Origin: Candidatus Thorarchaeota archaeon
GTDB lineage: Archaea; Asgardarchaeota; Thorarchaeia; Thorarchaeales; Thorarchaeaceae
Assembly (NCBI GenBank): GCA_011364905.1
Contig: RDNZ01000014.1
Location: forward strand, 1-62,311
Length of the DNA stretch: 62,311 nucleotides
Direction of reading: 5' to 3'
Shown here: positions 38,197-46,490 of the stretch, piece after piece
Position numbering within the stretch: position 1 is the first letter of the stretch
Layout of the letters: the number at the start of each line of letters is the position of its first letter
Notes under the pieces: generated by a model
The model's input: only the letters and a program-made list of their open reading frames with translations
What the model was told of the DNA's origin: nothing
Databases searched by the model: none
Translations under genes and position numbers: made by a program

Positions 38197-39264
38197 TTGT
38201 CTGATTCCTCGTCATTCCATTACGAAGACCTCATTGACAGACTTCTGTTGATAGTCACTCTAAACTCAACACTCATTCATTTCCTCCTTAGTTCTCAAGT
38301 TGAGGAATCTGTGGACCCTGATCGTGTGGATTCTCTCACACAGGGGCTTGTAAGAACCCGTAAATGGATGGAGGAGGCAACCACGATGAAAGGAATACCA
38401 CCATCCACACAGAATATTATGAGCCTCATTGTAAAGCGACTATCACAGGTTGAGAGTCTGTTACCCAAGCTCTCAGACAAAGCGAAACAAATGGAATCCG
38501 GGCATGCAGCACAGGAAATTCTCTCATTGTTGGACGGCAAGGAGGTTCCTCCAGAAAGCCACAAAGCTAGTGGGGCTCAATCTCAGACAAAAGATGCAGA
38601 CTTGGTTCCACTCGTTGGCGAGGAAAAACCAAAGCCTATGGAAATATACCGAAAAGTGGATGTTGAAGATGACTTGTTTGGTCTGATTGGTCAAAGCCAA
38701 AGACTGATTCAACAATACTCACAAAGATGCCATGTCCTCCTACCAACCTTTTGGCTAGAATCACTTAGAGAATTGCATCGCTATAAATCTGAATCACCTT
38801 TTCTTGGAGATGTCGTTGAGATTCCTGGGCGAATTCTGGTCAAGATAACCAAAGGTCTAATGACCGAAGCGCCAGGTGCAAGGCTCTTGCAAGACCTCAT
38901 GAAGCATCGTCAGCAGGAGAACTATCTCAATGGGTCTGAGATGGAGCGCATCGAGAGAGCAGTTGCCAAATACTTCCAAGGCGTAGAGCCTGTGCTAAAA
39001 GAAGACCAACTTGATGTCAAAGAAAAAATTTTGGAAGCCAAGACAGCGTTTGATAGCTTCGGTTGGGGAGGGCCGGAACTTGAGAAACGAATCATAAAGA
39101 GACTGAACCAAGAAGTTGAAGAGGCCATCCAAAATGCAGAAACCGCCTCTGACCCCTCACGTCAGGTGATTTATGCTGAAGTTGCAAAGCTACTGAGCAA
39201 ACTTCAACATGCCCTTTTGGCAGAACCAAGACCTAGAGAAATCCTTGCTCAGATGAAACCTTAG
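38197..39264 (+). CDS. Hypothetical helical protein, third gene of the tubulin-like operon
   Basis: 16-nt gap after the GTPase stop, GGTGGT RBS; two helical regions joined by a polar linker. Confidence 0.8.
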   Translation: MSDSSSFHYEDLIDRLLLIVTLNSTLIHFLLSSQVEESVDPDRVDSLTQGLVRTRKWMEEATTMKGIPPSTQNIMSLIVKRLSQVESLLPKLSDKAKQMESGHAAQEILSLLDGKEVPPESHKASGAQSQTKDADLVPLVGEEKPKPMEIYRKVDVEDDLFGLIGQSQRLIQQYSQRCHVLLPTFWLESLRELHRYKSESPFLGDVVEIPGRILVKITKGLMTEAPGARLLQDLMKHRQQENYLNGSEMERIERAVAKYFQGVEPVLKEDQLDVKEKILEAKTAFDSFGWGGPELEKRIIKRLNQEVEEAIQNAETASDPSRQVIYAEVAKLLSKLQHALLAEPRPREILAQMKP

Positions 39265-39356
39265 TTATCTAGAGAAGGGTAAGGGCTTAGATGTCCACTT
39301 CGCAGCCCATATAAGGGATGTCTGTAACCCTCAGTAAAGACAGGCGAGAATGAGAG

Positions 39357-40763
39357 ATGACAGGCCTCCATACTATGCTTAATCCCAAAGTGACTGCAGT
39401 TGTCGGTGTATCAACCACCAACCCATTCAGTCCAGGAAATGTGATTTTCCGAAAACTTGCATTCGAGAATGCACTACCAACCTATCCAATTAATCCGAAG
39501 GGCGGAGCCGTCGAAGGGATCAAAGTTTACAAGTCCATAACTGAGGCACCTGACGACATCGAACTTGCAGTGATCTCAGTTCCAGCAAAATATGTACCTG
39601 GTGTATTAACTGAGTGTGGTGAAAAGGGAATCAAATCAGTCATTGTAGTGTCAGGCGGTTTTAGCGAGATTGGTGAAACAGGTGCAAGTCTACAGTCGGA
39701 AATTGTTGAAATTGCAAATCAGTACAAGATGTCAATGGTTGGCCCTAATTGTATTGGTGTATATGTCCCCGACGTCTTGGACACATTCTTTCTCCCATCA
39801 GAACGAGTGGCTCGACCAAGAAAAGGCAGAGTAGCAATAATATCGCAAAGCGGAGGATGGCTCGTCGAACGACTTGAGGAGTTTGCGTCAAGACAGGTAG
39901 GAATCGCTGCTGCCGTATCTATAGGTAATGCCGCTCAGACAGAAGTGACTGATTTCATTCGCCATTTTGGAAACGATAGCAATGTGGATGTAATTCTAGC
40001 ATACATCGAAGGATTTGCTAATGACGAAGGAAGAAAATTCATTGAAATATGTGATAAGATAGTACCAAAGAAACCAGTGATTGTCCTAAAAGGAGGAGAA
40101 TCTGAAGCTGGTCATCGAGCAACTCAAAGTCACACCTCCTCGCTTGCTGGAGACCGAGCAGTGACCAATGCTGCGTTCAGACAATACGGAGTAATCCATG
40201 CCATAGATGAAGATGAGGTCATGGCCTACTCCAAGGTGTTTTCATTTAGACCAAAGGCAATGTTAGGTCCCAGAATAGGAACCATGACAGTAAGTGGTGG
40301 GCATGGAGTTATCGCTAGTGATGAAGCAGCGCACTATGGACTCACAATGCCTTTCTTCTCAGACGACCAGCAAGCAGAAATGCGAGACGTCATGACACCA
40401 GCCTATCAAGGAATAGCCTCATTTCGAAATCCATGTGATCTTACAGGAAGCGCATCAGATATTGACTATGAAAGGGTACTTGATAAAATGCTGGGATTCG
40501 ACTCAATTGATGCAGCTTTGTTGCTTCTACTACCGTATGCCCCTGGAATCTCACTTCAAATAGGAGCAAGGGTAGCGAATGTATCAAAGAATCATAACAA
40601 AACGGTGGTGGCATATGTTCCTGACTTGGAGAAATATGAAGTCATCATCCGAGGGTTTGAGTTGAATGGAATACCAGTTGGTGATACGATAGAAGAGGCT
40701 GTTCAAATGCTCAATGGTATTAGACAACGTTCAAAGTATCTGCAACGCATAGGAAAGGCCTGA
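39357..40763 (+). CDS. Acetate/acyl-CoA ligase (ADP-forming), alpha subunit
   Basis: CoA-binding domain (YPINP, SGGFSE, GPNCIG), SQSG, phospho-His motif SHTSSLAG, NPCDLTG. Confidence 0.9.
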   Translation: MTGLHTMLNPKVTAVVGVSTTNPFSPGNVIFRKLAFENALPTYPINPKGGAVEGIKVYKSITEAPDDIELAVISVPAKYVPGVLTECGEKGIKSVIVVSGGFSEIGETGASLQSEIVEIANQYKMSMVGPNCIGVYVPDVLDTFFLPSERVARPRKGRVAIISQSGGWLVERLEEFASRQVGIAAAVSIGNAAQTEVTDFIRHFGNDSNVDVILAYIEGFANDEGRKFIEICDKIVPKKPVIVLKGGESEAGHRATQSHTSSLAGDRAVTNAAFRQYGVIHAIDEDEVMAYSKVFSFRPKAMLGPRIGTMTVSGGHGVIASDEAAHYGLTMPFFSDDQQAEMRDVMTPAYQGIASFRNPCDLTGSASDIDYERVLDKMLGFDSIDAALLLLLPYAPGISLQIGARVANVSKNHNKTVVAYVPDLEKYEVIIRGFELNGIPVGDTIEEAVQMLNGIRQRSKYLQRIGKA

Positions 40764-40764
40764 T

Positions 40765-41895
40765 TTAGATCCCACTCGCAACTTTCTCATAATCTATACC
40801 CAAGGATTTTAGAGACTCTACCAGTTTTCCGCTTAGGATAAGCTGCTTTGAGGATAAATCCTCAACCTTCTGGGATCCTGTCAAGTACATCGCAACTCGA
40901 AGACCCTCAATGAATCGCTCAAGCTCAACCACAACATCGAGAGACGAGCCGTAAACTGCTGGTCGAAGCAATGGATGGGCAATTCCCGCGGCGGTGGCAC
41001 CAAGAGATAGTGCTTTGGCGATGTCAAGACCACTTCTGATCCCTCCAGTAGCAATCACATCAAGTTCGGTTGAGTCAAGAACCATTATGGCACTTAGAGC
41101 CGTGGGTATTCCCCAATCCCAAAACTCAAGCCCAATTTGGGCTCTGAGATCGTCTTCCTCTTTCTGAGCGCGATAATACTCAACTCCAGCCCAACTTGTG
41201 CCGCCTAAACCGCCAACATCAACACCTACAATACCAACTTCTTCAAGTGCCTTCGCGACATCACTTGATATTCCGGCGCCTGTTTCCTTTATGATAACTG
41301 GAATATCGACTGAATCAACAATGGCAGCAATGCTCTCAAGTGTGCCTTCAGAGTTGCAATCGCCTTCAGGCTGGATAGCTTCCTGAAGTGGATTAAGATG
41401 AACAGCAAGAATATCCGCATCAATCATCGATACAGCTTCAGGAGCCTCGGTTACATGAGTTGCACCGATGTTAGCAATTACAGGAACAGATGGAGCTGAT
41501 TCTCTTACAATTGTGAAAGTATCTGCAAGTGATGGATCCTCGACTGCAGCTCTCTGACTTCCCACTCCAATGGGCAAACCAAGCTCCTCAGCAGCACTAG
41601 CTAGTTTCTGGTTTACACTCTTTGTTTTGGGATGACCCCCGGTCATTGCTGCAATAACCAGCGGTGCGCTCGCGCGAAGACCAAAAAAGTTGATGTTGAG
41701 GTCTATTTTGTTCTTGTCGATCTCAGGGAGGGCATTATGAACAAATTCTATGTCTTCGAACATTGTGGATCGCTGACATTGAACATCTTCCTCGAGGCAG
41801 ATTTCTATGTGTTCAATTTTTCTTCGTCTTGTCATTGATGATTCAGACATGTCATCGTCAGATTCGGAATCATCATACAGTCGTCCTTCAACCAT
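40765..41895 (-). CDS. fni: Type 2 isopentenyl-diphosphate delta-isomerase
   Basis: RKIEH, AMTGG, GVGSQR, HLNPLQE, KETGAG, GGTSW, WGIPT, GGIRSG. Confidence 0.96.
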   Translation of the reverse strand: MVEGRLYDDSESDDDMSESSMTRRRKIEHIEICLEEDVQCQRSTMFEDIEFVHNALPEIDKNKIDLNINFFGLRASAPLVIAAMTGGHPKTKSVNQKLASAAEELGLPIGVGSQRAAVEDPSLADTFTIVRESAPSVPVIANIGATHVTEAPEAVSMIDADILAVHLNPLQEAIQPEGDCNSEGTLESIAAIVDSVDIPVIIKETGAGISSDVAKALEEVGIVGVDVGGLGGTSWAGVEYYRAQKEEDDLRAQIGLEFWDWGIPTALSAIMVLDSTELDVIATGGIRSGLDIAKALSLGATAAGIAHPLLRPAVYGSSLDVVVELERFIEGLRVAMYLTGSQKVEDLSSKQLILSGKLVESLKSLGIDYEKVASGI

Positions 41896-42041
41896 TGCAG
41901 TTCCTCCGACTACTATGAAGGATTACTGAAAGCATAGATAGGAGTTGCGGTCGCGGTGTGAAACGCCTCTAGACTCGGGTTCTTGCGCGATGCGAAGACT
42001 TTATTCATTGGCCAGCCTCACTCGCAAGAAGAGTGGATTCA

Positions 42042-42590
42042 ATGGCAGATGAGGAAAAGATTAGAGTTGAGGCACGAGAAGAGGAAGAAGACGCAGAGCA
42101 AAAGAAAGGGCTCTTCAGACCACTGCCCACCAGAGAAGAGCCAAAATACGTTACAGTCGGTGACCGTCCCCAACCAATCGTGAGAGTTCTTGGAATTTCA
42201 ATGCGCGAGAAAAGAAAGGAACTTCTAATACTAATCCTAATTCCGGCCTTAGTAGCTCTAATAGATACCACAATCTACTCATTTGTTATTACAGCTCAGG
42301 TTCAGAATTCTGTAACCATTGTTTTCCTTTTGCCAGCCATTGCAGCAATCCCAATCGGTCTAACATCACCTGAAGCCAGCAATTCATTAGTTGGAGCCTT
42401 TCTCGCGGATATGTTTTTTTTGCTATTCTTTGTCACGTTTCTTTCAATTCCAGGTCTATTAGTTCCGTCTCTAGGGCTTGGAGGCATCATTGTTAGTAGT
42501 ATTGCCATTTCAATAGGATACTTCATTTTGGTGATTATCGCAACATTCCTCGGTTCGATAATCGGCATAATCATGCATGAGTTCATGTGA
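42042..42590 (+). CDS. Hypothetical membrane protein (~4 TM)
   Basis: Charged N-terminus followed by hydrophobic helices. Confidence 0.75.
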   Translation: MADEEKIRVEAREEEEDAEQKKGLFRPLPTREEPKYVTVGDRPQPIVRVLGISMREKRKELLILILIPALVALIDTTIYSFVITAQVQNSVTIVFLLPAIAAIPIGLTSPEASNSLVGAFLADMFFLLFFVTFLSIPGLLVPSLGLGGIIVSSIAISIGYFILVIIATFLGSIIGIIMHEFM

Positions 42591-42744
42591 AAGTTGAACA
42601 ACTTCATTCTGGACCTCGCGGATGCAAGAGTGTTAGCAATTTCTTCTAGGGAATTCTATAATAGAGCGCCAACCAACGGCTTTGGCAAGATTCAAGAACT
42701 CGTTTCCAATACGAATGTAGAAACCATGAGAGGGTCAGGCTAGA

Positions 42745-43698
42745 GTGAAGATAGGTACCATTGCAAGTCACAGCGCACTGAATATCATTTCAGGAGCCAA
42801 GGCGGAGGGCTTTGATACTCTACTCTACTGCCCTCAGAACCGCGTGAAGTTTTACCAATCATTTGGACTTGATGATTCAATCGTTGAAATAGAGTCATTT
42901 GATGATATCTTGAAGATGGATTTGTCTGAGGTGGTTTTGATACCACATGGATCATTTGTAGCACACATAGGTGCCCAGAAAATTCTCAAGTCCGACCTGA
43001 AGATTTTCGGTAGTAAAGAGCTCCTAAAGTGGGAGAGCAATCGGGATCTAAAAACGAAATTACTGAAAGAAGCTGGCTTTGCCGTACCTAGAGAATTCTT
43101 GGATTTTGGGGAGATTGATTGCCCTGTCATCGCAAAAACTAATGGGGCAGCTGGAGGTGATGGGTACTTCATTGCGGAGAGTGCTTCTGAAATCGAGAAG
43201 ATGATGAATCCAGACCTCCAATATACATTTCAGGAATTTGTTGTTGGAACCAAGGTTTTCGTTACATACTTTCAATCGATGGCAAAAGAACGAACTGAGG
43301 TGTTCGGCGCAGACATACGATACGAAACCGATGCTGACTCTAATCTGCGATTCAATGAGCGACCAAGTTTCGTGGTAGTTGGCAATGTTCCGTTAGTGCT
43401 TCGGGAGTCGATTCTCGCAAAATACTATGATATGGGAGTTGCCTTTGTCAACGCATTCCATAAGCTCGCACAACAGAAAATGGTGGGACCATTCTGCATT
43501 GAAACAATAATCGATAAAAATAAGCAGATTTATAGCTTTGAATTCAGTGGTAGAATTGTAGCAGGAACCAATGTATGGATACCATCTTCCCCATATTCAT
43601 ATGTCCAATTCGGTGAGCCAATGTGGATGGGACGACGGATAGCAATCGAGATTCGTGAGTTAGTGGAGCAAGAAAGGTTAGACCAGGCTCTAGGGTGA
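42745..43698 (+). CDS. purP: PurP-family ATP-grasp (formate-dependent AICAR formyltransferase-like)
   Basis: SHSAL, PHGSF, GGDGYF, GNVPLVLRES, GPFCIE, RIVAGTN. Confidence 0.85.
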   Translation: MKIGTIASHSALNIISGAKAEGFDTLLYCPQNRVKFYQSFGLDDSIVEIESFDDILKMDLSEVVLIPHGSFVAHIGAQKILKSDLKIFGSKELLKWESNRDLKTKLLKEAGFAVPREFLDFGEIDCPVIAKTNGAAGGDGYFIAESASEIEKMMNPDLQYTFQEFVVGTKVFVTYFQSMAKERTEVFGADIRYETDADSNLRFNERPSFVVVGNVPLVLRESILAKYYDMGVAFVNAFHKLAQQKMVGPFCIETIIDKNKQIYSFEFSGRIVAGTNVWIPSSPYSYVQFGEPMWMGRRIAIEIRELVEQERLDQALG

Positions 43699-44786
43699 AG
43701 TTGATGACAGATTCAAAATTGCCAACCATTGGAATGATTGGCTCGCACAGCGCCGAGGAGATCGGAGTAGCGGCGAGGGCAAATGGATTTAGAACAGCTG
43801 TAGTTTGCCAGAGAGGAAGAGAGCGTCTCTATTCTCATTATAATAAGCATCTCTATGATCACATTATTCTACTTGATAAATTCAAAGATATTCTGAAAGA
43901 TGAAATCCAGGAGAAATTAGAGGAGCTAGATACCTTATGGATTCCCAATCGATCTTTTTCCGTCTATGTGGGATATGATGAGATTGAAAGAGAGTTCAAA
44001 ATCCCCATTTACGGAAACAGAATGTTGCTACGTGTTGAGGATAGAAATGCTCCAAAGAATCAATATTGGTTATTGAACAAGTCTGGAATCAGGTTGCCCA
44101 GAGTCTTCAAGCCTAGTGACATAGATAGATTAGTCATAGTGAAAGTTCAGCAAAGGAAAAAGCCTCTTGAACGAGCGTTTTTCTTTGCAAACTCGCCTTC
44201 AGAGTTCGAAGCAGAGAGCCGCTCTTTAATCAATAATGATGTTATCTCCGAGGAGTCTCTTAAATCAGCAACAATTGAGGAATTTGTGATAGCACCACGA
44301 TTCAACGCCAACTTCGAAGCATATGGGATGAGTCGCATTTTCGGGGACCTAGATCTGGTTGGTTTCGACGACCGAGTTCAGACTGGCCTATCTGGACTTC
44401 TCGACCTGCCTGCGAGAGAGCAATTGAAGCTGAAGATCAGGGTGATGAATGAAGAGGTGGGCCACAAGGGTCTGACTATGAGAGAAAGCAAGAAACCACT
44501 TGTTTATGAAGCCGCAGAACGCCTCCTCAAGGGGATTAGGAAATACTATCCACCAAAGATGATAGGTCTTTTTTCGCTTCAAGGAGCAATTACAGAAGAT
44601 TCCGAATTTGTTGTCTTCGATCTTAGTCCACGAGTTCCAGGAGCGCCTTGCGTCGGACCGACGAGTCCGGAGATGAGAAGATTATCACTCAAATATAAGT
44701 GTGAGATAGCTTCACCATTGGATCTCTGTATGTTGGACATTAAATCCGCTGCAAAAGAAAATGCCCTGAATGAGGTGTCGACGTGA
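43695..44786 (+). CDS. PurP paralog (DUF1246/DUF1297 ATP-grasp)
   Basis: GSHSA, PNRSFSVY, ERAFF, EVGH, SPRVPG. Confidence 0.85.
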   Translation: MKLMTDSKLPTIGMIGSHSAEEIGVAARANGFRTAVVCQRGRERLYSHYNKHLYDHIILLDKFKDILKDEIQEKLEELDTLWIPNRSFSVYVGYDEIEREFKIPIYGNRMLLRVEDRNAPKNQYWLLNKSGIRLPRVFKPSDIDRLVIVKVQQRKKPLERAFFFANSPSEFEAESRSLINNDVISEESLKSATIEEFVIAPRFNANFEAYGMSRIFGDLDLVGFDDRVQTGLSGLLDLPAREQLKLKIRVMNEEVGHKGLTMRESKKPLVYEAAERLLKGIRKYYPPKMIGLFSLQGAITEDSEFVVFDLSPRVPGAPCVGPTSPEMRRLSLKYKCEIASPLDLCMLDIKSAAKENALNEVST

Positions 44787-44835
44787 AATCGTACCACACC
44801 TTGAAAGAGGCGATTGAACTCAAGGAGTTGAAACC

Positions 44836-45798
44836 ATGGATCTGATTCATGATGGGAAAACTAGGAAAGTACACCAAGATCCTGAGTCAGCTGATAGGGA
44901 AATAGTCGAGTTTACTGATTCAATCGCTTTGGATGATGAGAAGGCTGAGTCTATCACAGGAAAAGCTGAGCTCGTGTATAGAATGACAGATTTCCTGCTT
45001 GGATATCTTGAAGGCAAGGGAGTTGACACCCACTTCATTCGATCCCTAGAAAGTCCGAAGATACTTGTTCGAAAAGTGGATATCTATCCTGTGTTAGTGG
45101 TGTGTAGGAACATCGCTACAAAATCATTCTGTCTCCGCTCTGGTGTAGACGAGGGGACAGTTCTTGAGAAACCTCTTGTCGAGTTCTTTTTGATAAGTGA
45201 CCGTTTGCATAATCCGCTGATAACTGAACGAGCAATCGAAACCATTGGACTAGTGAAAGATGAAATTTTGCATTTCATGAGAGCCGTGACTCTTTCTGTC
45301 AATTATTATCTTGTTGAACTCCTTAAGCAGCAAAGTCTGGTACTTGCTGATTTCAGACTTGAGTTTGGTATAACAAAAGCAGGACATATTGTTGTGGCAG
45401 ATGAGCTATCATTGGACAATATGAGTATCTGGGACAAGGGTGCGCCATACATGAATTTCGACGAAATCAAAGGGAAAGAGGAAGAATTCATCCAAGCCTA
45501 TGGAAAACTTGTCGATTTAATTACTAGAACAAAACCGGAGGAAGTTAGTAATCGAAATGAAATCCTTCAGGTAATAGTCAAACCCAAAGATGGAATTAGG
45601 AATCCTCCTGGCGAGGTGACAAAAAAGATGCTTGTTCGAATGGGATTTGGCGATGCAGAGGATGTTCGAGTCGGAAAAGTATTCAACATTATATTACGAA
45701 GACCCATCACTTCCGAAATACTGCATCAGCTCAATATCATGAACATCAAACTACTGTCTAATCCGATATCTGAGAAACACGAGGTGAGTTATGGCTAA
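44836..45798 (+). CDS. purC: Degenerate SAICAR synthetase (PurC) fused to C-terminal PurS
   Basis: GKT, THF, RN, DFRLEFG, ADE, WD skeleton; C-terminal ~80 aa PurS-like (KPKDGIRNPPG...VRVGKVF...LLSNPISE); several catalytic residues substituted. Confidence 0.85.
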   Translation: MDLIHDGKTRKVHQDPESADREIVEFTDSIALDDEKAESITGKAELVYRMTDFLLGYLEGKGVDTHFIRSLESPKILVRKVDIYPVLVVCRNIATKSFCLRSGVDEGTVLEKPLVEFFLISDRLHNPLITERAIETIGLVKDEILHFMRAVTLSVNYYLVELLKQQSLVLADFRLEFGITKAGHIVVADELSLDNMSIWDKGAPYMNFDEIKGKEEEFIQAYGKLVDLITRTKPEEVSNRNEILQVIVKPKDGIRNPPGEVTKKMLVRMGFGDAEDVRVGKVFNIILRRPITSEILHQLNIMNIKLLSNPISEKHEVSYG

Positions 45799-46490
45799 TG
45801 TCTATTGCTGTTATCAGATTTCCAGGAACCAATAATGATGATGATGTCATGAGAGCGCTCCGCCAGATTCCAGCTGCAAAACCGTATCTTGTCCCAAGCA
45901 GAAAGGGACTTGCAGGACTTCAGGACGCGGAAGGTATCATAATCCCTGGAGGATTCTCCTATGGGGATTATATGAGAGCGGGAGCAGTCGCAGCCATGGA
46001 AGTCATCAGCGCGGGAATAAGGGATTTGGCAGAAGATGGAAAGCCAGTACTCGGAATCAGCAACGGTTTTCAGATTCTTGCGGAAGCCGGCTTACTACCG
46101 GGAGCACTCTTACCAAATGTTTCTGCACGATTCATTTGTAGATGGGTTTACCTAAGAGTCAGCGATCAGCCTTCGATTTTCACAGAGAATCTTGAAAATG
46201 CAGTCATTCGTCTACCAATAGCTCATGCAGAAGGAAATTACTTCTGTTCTGAGGACTATTTGATTGCTCTTGAAGGTGAAAAACGAATCCCATTCAAATA
46301 CTGTAATGCACAAGGGGAGATTACTGAGGACTCTAATCCAAATGGGTCAATAGAAAACATAGCTGGGGTTATTAATCAGAAAGGCAACGTACTTGGCATG
46401 ATGTCTCATCCTGAACGAGCGACACGACAAATTCTAGGATCGACCGACGGTCTAGAAATCCTGGAGAACTTCGTGAGGGCAATTCGATGA
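45798..46490 (+). CDS. purQ: FGAM synthase glutaminase subunit PurQ with nucleophile Cys->Ser
   Basis: FPGTN, PGGFSYGDY, GISNGFQIL (canonical GICNGFQ), AHAEG, NPNGS, MMSHPER. Confidence 0.92.
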   Translation: MSIAVIRFPGTNNDDDVMRALRQIPAAKPYLVPSRKGLAGLQDAEGIIIPGGFSYGDYMRAGAVAAMEVISAGIRDLAEDGKPVLGISNGFQILAEAGLLPGALLPNVSARFICRWVYLRVSDQPSIFTENLENAVIRLPIAHAEGNYFCSEDYLIALEGEKRIPFKYCNAQGEITEDSNPNGSIENIAGVINQKGNVLGMMSHPERATRQILGSTDGLEILENFVRAIR

